Shown here: positions 30,637 to 38,632 of the stretch, one piece after another
How the letters are laid out: each line of letters opens with the position of its first letter
Numbering within the stretch: position 1 is the first letter of the stretch
Assembly (NCBI GenBank): GCA_903821695.1
Contig: CAIJLX010000022.1
Coordinates: forward strand, 12,406 to 76,405
Length of the DNA stretch: 64,000 nucleotides
Direction of reading: 5' to 3'
From: an uncultured Alphaproteobacteria bacterium
GTDB lineage: Bacteria > Pseudomonadota > Alphaproteobacteria > Rickettsiales > CAIJLX01
Notes under the pieces: model-generated
Seen by the model: the letters and a program-made list of their open reading frames with translations, nothing else
What the model was told of the DNA's origin: nothing
Database searches by the model: none
Position numbers and translations under genes: made by a program

Positions 30637-32114
30637 TATTGGCCGAGCGTGAAAGCTGCTTCGCGCGCAATCTGCACCAGCGGCGTCGGATAGAGGAATG
30701 CAAACAGCGTAAATGCCGCTGTTATCGCTATCACAAACTTATGCGCAAACGGAATAACCGGGATATCGAGCGGCGCCGTAGCCTCATCAAAATACATCAG
30801 CTTAATAATTTTAAGATAATAGAACGCCGCTATCACGCTTGAGAGAACACCGACGACCGCCAACCAATAATAGCCACGCTCGATCACCGGCAAGAACACA
30901 TAAAACTTCGCAAAGAAACCAGCGAACGGAGGAATGCCTGCCATTGAGAACATAAAGATACTAATCACCGCTGCTATCACCGGCTGGCGTGTAGCAAGGC
31001 CTTTAAAATCATCCAGCTCCTCAGCCGCTTTTCCATTGCGCTTCAGTTGCAATACAGCACCAAACATACCCGCCGTCATCACGCTATAAATCAGCAGATA
31101 AATCAGCACACCTTGAATGCCCGCAATGCTGCCCGAAGAAATCCCAAGCAATAAATATCCCACATGTCCGACGGAGCTATAAGCAAGCAGACGCTTAATA
31201 TTCGTCTGGCGAAGTGCGGCAATCGCCCCCACCACCATCGACGCCACAGCTGCTGCAATTGTAATCTGATTCCACTGCACCACTAATCCAGAGAGCGGCT
31301 GCATGAGGAAGCGAAGCGTAATCACCAACACAGCAACTTTAGGTGCCGAAGCAAAAAATGCCGTGATGACAGTCGGCGCACCTTGATAGACATCTGGCGC
31401 CCACATATGGAAAGGTGCAGCAGACATTTTGAAAAACATCGCAACCAGTATCAGAATAATTCCGAGCAATGCGCCAACTGGCAATGGACCAACGTGCCGT
31501 GAATAAAACTCAATCATCTTTGCAAAATCCGCTGTGCCACTAAAACCATAAACGAGCGAACAACCAAATAAAAAGATGCCAGAGGCGAGTGCTCCCAACA
31601 CAAAATATTTCACACCCGCTTCTGCGCAAAGCAGATTATCGCGATTGCTCGCTGCGAGAATATAAAGCGACAAACTCATCAATTCGAGTGCGACATAAAA
31701 GGAGAGCAGGTGATTTGCGGCCACCATCAACATCATCCCAAGCAACGAGAATAACATCAGCGCTAATGTTTCAAATGTAATCCAACTTTCTGTTTTTGCT
31801 GAGCCATGTAACAGGCCTAATATCAATGCTGCCGCAAGTACGATTATAATCTTTGCGGCGACGACAAAATTATTCAGCAACAACAAACCGCCAAACAAAT
31901 AGTTCGTATCATTATAATTTTGCCCCATCGCTATAAGGGAGGTCGATTCTTCCCAGCGCTGTGTTAGTGCAAATAGTACGACAAGCAGAACAACAATTGC
32001 GGTTTTGATAAAAAAGCCAACGCGATTTTGTTTCGTGAACGCACCCGCGACCAAAGCCAAGAGGCCTGCGCCTGCAACAATCAATTCCGGTGTTAACATA
32101 ATAAAATTTAACAT
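30636..32114 (-). CDS. nuoN: NADH-quinone oxidoreductase subunit N
   Basis: LELMSL, EAGVKYF, FK..AAPFHMWAPDVYQGAP, KRLLAYSS, AGIPP. Confidence 0.97.
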   Translation of the reverse strand: MLNFIMLTPELIVAGAGLLALVAGAFTKQNRVGFFIKTAIVVLLVVLFALTQRWEESTSLIAMGQNYNDTNYLFGGLLLLNNFVVAAKIIIVLAAALILGLLHGSAKTESWITFETLALMLFSLLGMMLMVAANHLLSFYVALELMSLSLYILAASNRDNLLCAEAGVKYFVLGALASGIFLFGCSLVYGFSGTADFAKMIEFYSRHVGPLPVGALLGIILILVAMFFKMSAAPFHMWAPDVYQGAPTVITAFFASAPKVAVLVITLRFLMQPLSGLVVQWNQITIAAAVASMVVGAIAALRQTNIKRLLAYSSVGHVGYLLLGISSGSIAGIQGVLIYLLIYSVMTAGMFGAVLQLKRNGKAAEELDDFKGLATRQPVIAAVISIFMFSMAGIPPFAGFFAKFYVFLPVIERGYYWLAVVGVLSSVIAAFYYLKIIKLMYFDEATAPLDIPVIPFAHKFVIAITAAFTLFAFLYPTPLVQIAREAAFTLGQ

Positions 32115-32116
32115 GC

Positions 32117-33622
32117 TTATTCCGCCGGTTTCATAATGATTTCTGTTTTACTCGTCTGCACTTGCTGCAACAAATGTTGCACCGAAGCATGCACAGGTTT
32201 TAAAATCAGGCTTGGGTAAATACCCAACAAAATTGCGAGCACCGCCATCGGTAACAGAATCGCCACTTCACGCGTATCTACATCCGTAATTTTCTTCAGT
32301 TTTGCATTGGTCAATTCGCCGAACACCACCCGCTTATATAGCCAGAGCATGTATGCCGCACCCAACACAACACCCGTTCCAATTAGCGCCATCACAATTG
32401 TGTTATCTTGGAACACGCCCATTAATACGAGGAATTCGCCGACAAAACCAGACGTGCCCGGCAAGCCCACAGAGGCCATCATAAACACCATAAACAGCAA
32501 TGCATAATAAGGCATGCGCTCAACGAGACCGCCGTAGAAAGTGATTTCGCGCGTATGCATGCGGTCATAAATAACCCCAACGCACATGAACAATGCAGCC
32601 GACACAATACCATGACTCAGCATCTGGAAAATACCGCCTTCGATACCTTGCACATTGAGCGCAAATGTTCCGGCGGTGACATAGGCCATATGCGCGATCG
32701 AAGAGTACGCGATTAGCTTTTTCATATCCTGCTGCATGAGCGCAACAAGTGACGTATAAATCACGGCTATGATGCTAAGGATGTAAACAAAATCAGCGAA
32801 ATAGATCGAGGCGTTTGGCAGCATTGGAAGTGACAAGCGCAAGAATCCATAGCCACCTAATTTAAGCAAAATACCAGCCAGAATCATTGAGCCTGCAGTT
32901 GGTGCTTGCACGTGTGCATCTGGCAACCAGGTGTGAACAGGCCACATTGGAACTTTGACGGCAAACGAAGCAAAGAATGCGAGCCACAACCATTTTTGCG
33001 CAGAGAGCGGCAGCTGTGGTGCCTTGTTCATCAGGTCTGGAATGCTCATCGTATTGCCCTGATAATAGAGATAGAGAATCGCGAGCAATAACAGCACTGA
33101 TCCGAGCAATGTATAAAGGAAGAATTTGAATGCGGCATAGACGCGATCTTTGCCGCCCCAGATGCCGATAATGAAGAACATTGGGATGAGCACGGCTTCA
33201 AAGAAGAAATAGAACATCACGAAATCAAGGCTTAAAAATACGCCGAGGATGAGTGTTTCGAGCAATAGGAATAATGCCATGTAGCCAGGCACTTTTTTCT
33301 CGATATTTTCCCAGCTGGCGAGAATGCAGAATGGCATGAGTAATGTGGTGAGCAATACGAACCATAGCGAGATGCCATCTAGGCCGAGATAATAACCGAT
33401 ACCGGCATTTTTGATCCAGGCGGTGTGTTCTACGAATTGGAATGCGGCGGATGTACCATCGAATTTCGCGAGTATGACGAGGGATAATAGGAACGTTATG
33501 ATCGAGGTTACTAATGCAATGATGCGTGATGATTTTTCTTCGTTGCGCGCGCAGAGAAGAATCGCTAATGCGCCGAAAGCGGGTAAGAAAATGAGGGAGG
33601 AGAGGAATGGGAAGTTGCTCAT
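32117..33622 (-). CDS. nuoM: NADH-quinone oxidoreductase subunit M
   Basis: FEAVLIPM, KVPMWPVHTWLPDAHV.APT, LLKLG.YG, KKLIAYSS, FVGEF. Confidence 0.97.
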   Translation of the reverse strand: MSNFPFLSSLIFLPAFGALAILLCARNEEKSSRIIALVTSIITFLLSLVILAKFDGTSAAFQFVEHTAWIKNAGIGYYLGLDGISLWFVLLTTLLMPFCILASWENIEKKVPGYMALFLLLETLILGVFLSLDFVMFYFFFEAVLIPMFFIIGIWGGKDRVYAAFKFFLYTLLGSVLLLLAILYLYYQGNTMSIPDLMNKAPQLPLSAQKWLWLAFFASFAVKVPMWPVHTWLPDAHVQAPTAGSMILAGILLKLGGYGFLRLSLPMLPNASIYFADFVYILSIIAVIYTSLVALMQQDMKKLIAYSSIAHMAYVTAGTFALNVQGIEGGIFQMLSHGIVSAALFMCVGVIYDRMHTREITFYGGLVERMPYYALLFMVFMMASVGLPGTSGFVGEFLVLMGVFQDNTIVMALIGTGVVLGAAYMLWLYKRVVFGELTNAKLKKITDVDTREVAILLPMAVLAILLGIYPSLILKPVHASVQHLLQQVQTSKTEIIMKPAE

Positions 33623-33623
33623 A

Positions 33624-35537
33624 TTATTGCATCCATACCCAGGTGATTACGCCAACTAAGCCCAACAGCATCGCGAAGGCATAATGATAGAGATAGCCGC
33701 TTTGCAATTTTGAAAGGCGACCGCCGAACCAATAGGAAAGTTGTGAAACGCCGTTGGGTCCGAGACCGTCGACAATTTTTACATCGCCCACTTGCCAGAA
33801 GAAAGTGCCGAGCGCTTTTGCAGGACGTACGAACAGGAATTCATAGAGCTCATCGACATACCATTTATTGTAGAAGAGAACATAAATTGGGCGGAAAATT
33901 TGGGTCATTTTTGTAGGTAACGATGGTACTAGCAGATAGAAAATATAGGCTAGTGTGATGCCAGCGAGTGCTACAAATTTTGTCCAAAGTGGGTGTTCGC
34001 CGTGGTGGAGGAATGGGTTGTGTTCGCTGAGCGATACAAGTGCACCACGCCAGAAGCTGTAATCGCCATCGACCATTTTGAATACTTCCTCGCCGAGATA
34101 GCCGGAGAAGAGTGCGCCGAGGACTAAGACGATAAGTGGCACTAACATGATGGCAGGAGATTCATGCACGTGATCCCACACTTTTTTGCTGCAACGTGGT
34201 TTGCCGTGGAAGGTCAAAATCAATAAGCGCCAGGAATAAAATGCGGTGAGGAAGGAAGTAAGCTCCCCGACATAAAATGCATAATGTGCGAATGGGCTTT
34301 CGGAGCCATGCGCCGCATGCAAGATCGCATTTTTGGAATAGTAACCGGCGAAGAATGGGATACCCGCAATTGCGAGTGAGCCGATCCAGAAAAGAGCATA
34401 AGTGAATGGAATTTTTTTCCAGAGGCCACCCATTTTTTGCATGTCTTGCTCGCCGGACATTGCGTGGATTACGCTACCTGCGCCTAAAAACAAGAGGGCT
34501 TTGAAAAAGGCATGGGTCATGAGGTGGAACACGCCAGCGGAATAAGCGGAAACGCCGCACGCGAAGAACATATAACCAAGCTGCGAGCAGGTGGAATAAG
34601 CGATTACTTTTTTGATATCGTTTTGGGTAAGTGCGATGGTGGCGGCAAACAGTGCGGTGGTGGCGCCGACAACGGTGATGAGCATTAAGGCGATCGGTGC
34701 ATATTCATAGAGTGGTGACATGCGGGCAACGAGGAATACACCGGCGGTTACCATCGTTGCGGCGTGGATTAATGCGGAAACCGGGGTTGGGCCTTCCATG
34801 GCGTCTGGCAACCAGGTGTGCAAACCGAGCTGGGCGGATTTGCCCATTGCGCCGATGAAGAGCAAAATGCCGATGAGGGTGAGAGCGTGAATGTCATAAC
34901 CCAATACGGTATAGACAGCGCTTACTTGGTTTGGCACAGCAGCGAAAATATCGGCAAAATGGATGCTACCAAAGATGGTGAAGGTTAGCAGCAAACCGAG
35001 CATAAAGCCTAGATCGCCCACGCGATTTACGATGAATGCTTTCATAGCAGCAGCGTTGGCGGAGGGACGTTTATACCAGAAGCCGATTAATAAATACGAG
35101 CAGAGGCCTACGCCTTCCCAGCCTAAGAAAAGTTGCAGCAGATTATCGGCGGTTACCAGCATCAACATGAAGAAGGTGAAGAGCGACAAGTAGGAGAAGA
35201 AGCGTGGGGTGTGTTCGTCATCATGCATGTAGCCGATGGAATAAATATGAACGACAGCGGAGACCCAGGTGACGACGACTAGCATCACGGCGGTCAATAC
35301 ATCAACACGGATGACCCAATCAATCGAGAGGGTGCCGGAGGAAATCCAGTTAAAGAGATGGAGGGTATAAGACTGACCATCGATTGCGACGTTTTTGAAA
35401 GTGATGCCAGCGAGGATGGCGGCGATGACCAGAAAACCGGAGGTAACATATTGCGCGAGATGCTCGTTAATACGGCGGGTGTTTAGGCCTACTACCAACG
35501 CGCTTAACAATGGCAAAAAGACGATCCAACCTGCCAT
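33624..35537 (-). CDS. nuoL: NADH-quinone oxidoreductase subunit L
   Basis: GWEGVG, KSAQ..LHTWLPDAMEGPTPVSALIHAATMV, DIKKVIAYST, HAFFKA. Confidence 0.97.
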   Translation of the reverse strand: MAGWIVFLPLLSALVVGLNTRRINEHLAQYVTSGFLVIAAILAGITFKNVAIDGQSYTLHLFNWISSGTLSIDWVIRVDVLTAVMLVVVTWVSAVVHIYSIGYMHDDEHTPRFFSYLSLFTFFMLMLVTADNLLQLFLGWEGVGLCSYLLIGFWYKRPSANAAAMKAFIVNRVGDLGFMLGLLLTFTIFGSIHFADIFAAVPNQVSAVYTVLGYDIHALTLIGILLFIGAMGKSAQLGLHTWLPDAMEGPTPVSALIHAATMVTAGVFLVARMSPLYEYAPIALMLITVVGATTALFAATIALTQNDIKKVIAYSTCSQLGYMFFACGVSAYSAGVFHLMTHAFFKALLFLGAGSVIHAMSGEQDMQKMGGLWKKIPFTYALFWIGSLAIAGIPFFAGYYSKNAILHAAHGSESPFAHYAFYVGELTSFLTAFYSWRLLILTFHGKPRCSKKVWDHVHESPAIMLVPLIVLVLGALFSGYLGEEVFKMVDGDYSFWRGALVSLSEHNPFLHHGEHPLWTKFVALAGITLAYIFYLLVPSLPTKMTQIFRPIYVLFYNKWYVDELYEFLFVRPAKALGTFFWQVGDVKIVDGLGPNGVSQLSYWFGGRLSKLQSGYLYHYAFAMLLGLVGVITWVWMQ

Positions 35538-35538
35538 A

Positions 35539-35850
35539 TCAACCCTTCATCACATTGATATCCTCAACCGCGATCGAGCCACGGTTGCGGAAATAGACGA
35601 CTAGAATTGCGAGGCCAATCGCAGCTTCTGCAGCAGCGACGGTAAGTATAAACATGGTAAAGATTTGTCCGACTACATCGCCCATATAAGCGGAGAAAGC
35701 GACGAAGTTGATGTTCACGGAGAGGAGCATTAATTCGATCGACATTAATAATGTGATTACGTTTTTACGGTTCAGGAAAATGCCGCAGACACCGATGGTA
35801 AACAGCAGCGAGGCGAGCACGAGATAATGTAGGAGCGTGATCTGCATCAT
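35539..35850 (-). CDS. nuoK: NADH-quinone oxidoreductase subunit K
   Basis: SIELML and [10 protein letters not shown], with both conserved Glu. Confidence 0.96.
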   Translation of the reverse strand: MMQITLLHYLVLASLLFTIGVCGIFLNRKNVITLLMSIELMLLSVNINFVAFSAYMGDVVGQIFTMFILTVAAAEAAIGLAILVVYFRNRGSIAVEDINVMKG

Positions 35851-36461
35851 ATGCCCTTACCCGATTTTACTTTCACCATCGAGACCGAATCTGCCACATT
35901 GCGATGCACCTGTTTGCGGATATTTTGGCGGCGGACGCCTGGGCGATGGCGCAGTGTCAGCACGATTGCACCGATCATCGCCACCAGCAGAATGGCGCCC
36001 GAAATAATAAATGGGTATGCGTATTGCGTATATAACACATGGCCGATTGCCTCGGCGTTTGTTCCTTTTACGCCCGCAACAACTGGTGTTGGTTCAGCTG
36101 CAAATTTTACGGTGGAAGCTTGCAGGATTAAAAATAACTGAACGAACATGATTGCTGCAACGGCGCCACCGAAGGGGAGATAACGCAAGAAGCCGGCTTT
36201 GAGTTCGGCGAAATTAATATCGAGCATCATCACAACGAATAGGAACAACACTGCGACGGCGCCAACATAAACAATCACCAACGTCATCGCGAGATATTCG
36301 GCGCCTAGCAGAACGAACAGGCCAGCAGCGTTAAAGAAGCAGAAGATGAGGAATAGGATAGAATGCACGGGGTTTTTGGCGGAGACGACCATCACGCCAG
36401 AAAGAACAGATAAAAACGCAAAGACGTAAAATAGAAGGGGTATCAGCATCTTGTCTGACAT
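35847..36461 (-). CDS. nuoJ: NADH-quinone oxidoreductase subunit J
   Basis: [37 protein letters not shown]. Confidence 0.96.
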   Translation of the reverse strand: MSDKMLIPLLFYVFAFLSVLSGVMVVSAKNPVHSILFLIFCFFNAAGLFVLLGAEYLAMTLVIVYVGAVAVLFLFVVMMLDINFAELKAGFLRYLPFGGAVAAIMFVQLFLILQASTVKFAAEPTPVVAGVKGTNAEAIGHVLYTQYAYPFIISGAILLVAMIGAIVLTLRHRPGVRRQNIRKQVHRNVADSVSMVKVKSGKGI

Positions 36462-37406
36462 TCATACTGATTGAAGCTCACGAGGTCTAGGTAAATTTTC
36501 AAGCAGATGTTTCCGAATATATTCGGCCGCACGGGCGGCTTCATTCAGACCCAAATCGAAGGTGCGTTTTGGGTCAAATGCGCTCAATGGCCCCGCCTTT
36601 TCCGCCGCATAAAAGGAATGGTGCAATTGCTGATATTGGAAAAAACGACCTTCCGGCGCATAAATCCAGGTCGGCTTGCCGCTCGATACGGCTTCGGACA
36701 CCATGCGGGCGGAATCGCCTGTCACCACCACATGCTCAGCCAGTGACAACATTATCGCATAAGGGTTAGGATTAATGGCACGACGTTTAAAATCATAAAT
36801 AAAGTTGGGCTGCGGCAAATAATCAATCAATGCCTGCGAAATTTTCAGTGGTGTACGTGGGCTAGTCGTCGCGAGCACCGTTCCGCCTTGCGCCTTTAAG
36901 GTTTCGACAATAGCGATAATATCTTCTTCCTTGACGTCATCACCCACATGTACGCCACCAACCAATAGTGCGATCACTGGCGATTGCAGTTTGAGGCCCT
37001 CGAGGAACGGATATTTCCCTGTCAGAAAATCCGCCTTCGCCCGGTTGAGGCGATCTGGATTTACTTTATTAATATAGCCGGTGGTGAGGAATATATCGTC
37101 ATACCTTGGTAGCGGCTCATGGTTTGGAGCGATGACCAGGTCGAAGAAATCCAAATCCGGACCCGGATCCAAAATCGAAACCGTAGGCACTGCGCCTTGC
37201 AATAAATGTTTAAACGCAACGGCATGGGGTGCTGCAATAGCGCCACAGGAAAGAATCACATCAGGCTTTTGCAAATGGGTAAAAGATTGGAACCCTTCGC
37301 GTTCAATTTCGGCAACGCTGATGATTTGGATAGAGCCCAAATGCTCAGCGACAGCTTCAGCCATCACCGTACGGTGTGAATCATCTGAGATGATGAGGGT
37401 ATGCAT
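36462..37406 (-). CDS. ELM1/GtrOC1 (DUF1022)-family GT-B-fold protein
   Basis: I.DP.....FDLVIAP.HE, ALLVGG, TTS.RTP, NPY...L..A...VVTGDS..MVSEA..SGKP pattern. Confidence 0.8.
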   Translation of the reverse strand: MHTLIISDDSHRTVMAEAVAEHLGSIQIISVAEIEREGFQSFTHLQKPDVILSCGAIAAPHAVAFKHLLQGAVPTVSILDPGPDLDFFDLVIAPNHEPLPRYDDIFLTTGYINKVNPDRLNRAKADFLTGKYPFLEGLKLQSPVIALLVGGVHVGDDVKEEDIIAIVETLKAQGGTVLATTSPRTPLKISQALIDYLPQPNFIYDFKRRAINPNPYAIMLSLAEHVVVTGDSARMVSEAVSSGKPTWIYAPEGRFFQYQQLHHSFYAAEKAGPLSAFDPKRTFDLGLNEAARAAEYIRKHLLENLPRPRELQSV

Positions 37407-37888
37407 CAGCGGTACGGCGCATCCGCCGCCAGACGTCCGGCGATTTCGGTTTCCCAGCGCTCGCCATTGGCTAGCAGTTTGTTTTTATTATAGAGCAGTT
37501 CTTCATGCGTTTCGGTCGCATATTCAAAATTCGGCCCTTCCACAATGGCATCCACCGGGCATGCTTCCTCGCAGAACCCACAATAAATGCATTTGGTCAT
37601 ATCAATATCATAACGCGTGGTGCGGCGGCTGCCATCATCCCGCACTTCGGCTTCAATGGTGATCGCCTGCGCCGGGCAAATCGCCTCGCATAATTTACAA
37701 GCAATGCAACGCTCCTCACCATTCGCATAACGCCGCAGCGCATGTTCACCACGGAAACGAGGGCTCAATGGCCCCTTCTCATACGGATAATCAATCGTCA
37801 CCGGCCGCTTGAACATGTAGCGCAGCGTCAACGACATCCCGCTCAAAAGCTCAGTCAACAATAACGAACGTGCAAACTTATCGATCAT
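37406..37888 (-). CDS. nuoI: NADH-quinone oxidoreductase subunit I
   Basis: Two CxxCxxCxxxCP ferredoxin motifs; SPRFRGEH. Confidence 0.97.
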   Translation of the reverse strand: MIDKFARSLLLTELLSGMSLTLRYMFKRPVTIDYPYEKGPLSPRFRGEHALRRYANGEERCIACKLCEAICPAQAITIEAEVRDDGSRRTTRYDIDMTKCIYCGFCEEACPVDAIVEGPNFEYATETHEELLYNKNKLLANGERWETEIAGRLAADAPYR

Positions 37889-37897
37889 AGGTAAGTA

Positions 37898-37925
37898 GTT
37901 CTACAGAGAACAAAAAAATTTGCAA
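37898..37925 (-). promoter_or_regulatory. Putative sigma70 promoter of the nuoI-ELM1-nuoJKLMN operon
   Basis: Minus strand TTGCAA-N16-TAGAAC, with the ATG 9 nt later and no SD; immediately after an upstream terminator. Confidence 0.5.
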
Positions 37926-37931
37926 GAAGGC

Positions 37932-37970
37932 AAAAAAAGAGGAGGCAAACCCAATGGATATGCCTCCTCT
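37932..37970 (-). terminator. Intrinsic terminator closing the csrA islet
   Basis: Minus strand AGAGGAGGCA-N13-TGCCTCCTCT followed by a T-run. Confidence 0.85.
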
Positions 37971-37971
37971 C

Positions 37972-38073
37972 TTACTTGGAAAAACTAGAATCACGCTGAA
38001 GTGCGTTGGTATGTACGTGAAGAATAAATTTCTTCAACGTGATTCCGTTTCCTGATCTCGAGAAAATTACCAT
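37972..38073 (-). CDS. Putative 33-aa small ORF (MVIFSRSGNGITLKKFILHVHTNALQRDSSFSK)
   Basis: ATG 38073 has GAGGGA 9 nt upstream, is in frame with csrA, and stops just before the terminator. No recognisable homology. Confidence 0.25.
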   Translation of the reverse strand: MVIFSRSGNGITLKKFILHVHTNALQRDSSFSK

Positions 38074-38103
38074 CAACAGTAATCCCTCAAGACCAGCTTT
38101 TGT

Positions 38104-38325
38104 TCATTGATCACCAGCATGTTCCTCCAGCTTTAGATCAATATAGGTGATCGCCTGACCATCACCCAGCTCTTCATCTTCTCTGAGCTCTTCCCGGACG
38201 ATGTTCATATCCCTTGGTGCCTCAATACCTATTCTCACAGTATTGTGGTCGATTCTGACGATCGTCACCGTGACGTTCTGTCCGATCAAAATCTTTTCGC
38301 CAGGCTTTCGAGAAAGTACCAGCAT
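38104..38325 (-). CDS. csrA: Carbon storage regulator CsrA/RsmA family RNA-binding protein
   Basis: MLVLSRK.GE.I.IG....V.......VRIGIEAP....I.REEL plus an acidic tail; SD AAGGGGGA 7 nt upstream. Confidence 0.92.
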   Translation of the reverse strand: MLVLSRKPGEKILIGQNVTVTIVRIDHNTVRIGIEAPRDMNIVREELREDEELGDGQAITYIDLKLEEHAGDQ

Positions 38326-38441
38326 GGTACAATCCCCCTTATCTACCAGCTCCGCTGGTGTTATGGGAACTCAAGAGATGCGTGCAGTTCACATAACAAA
38401 TGTGAACTAATCCATTTATGCACTGCATCCCTTTCGTTCCC
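38326..38441 (-). promoter_or_regulatory. Structured GGA-rich RNA element upstream of csrA (leader or sRNA)
   Basis: 77-nt imperfect hairpin at 38365-38441, ACCAGC-GGA-GCTGGT hairpin at 38345-38359, and five GGA motifs including the SD. Confidence 0.55.
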
Positions 38442-38545
38442 GTAAAAGGCATTTTCAAGAAATTAGTAAGCAAAAAACCAATAAGAAACATTGTCATAAT
38501 ACCCAACCAATATGACAAAATGATGACAGCTAGCCTCAATAATCC

Positions 38546-38620
38546 CGTCATCCCGGCGGAGGCCGGGAGGGGATCCATCTTTCTGTCGGGGCCGTGGATC
38601 CCGGCCTCCGCCGGGATGGC
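38546..38620. repeat. CGTC-type REP-like palindrome pair (inverted dimer)
   Basis: CGTCATCCCGGCGGAGGCCGGGA(GGGG)ATCCA ... TGGATCCCGGCCTCCGCCGGGATGGC, directly downstream of the xerC stop. Confidence 0.8.
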
Positions 38621-38632
38621 TTGGGGAGGTTT

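Noticed and set aside
38386-38413. dif-like half site (minus strand TTATGTGAACT) near xerC
   Set aside because: It resembles a XerD arm, but the opposing inverted arm is 1 nt away rather than across a 6-bp spacer and there is no proper XerC arm. It is better explained as part of the RNA hairpin.
38365-38441. 6S RNA-like closing stem (GGGATGC/GCATCTC)
   Set aside because: The hairpin is only 77 nt and lacks the large central bubble of a ~180-nt 6S RNA.
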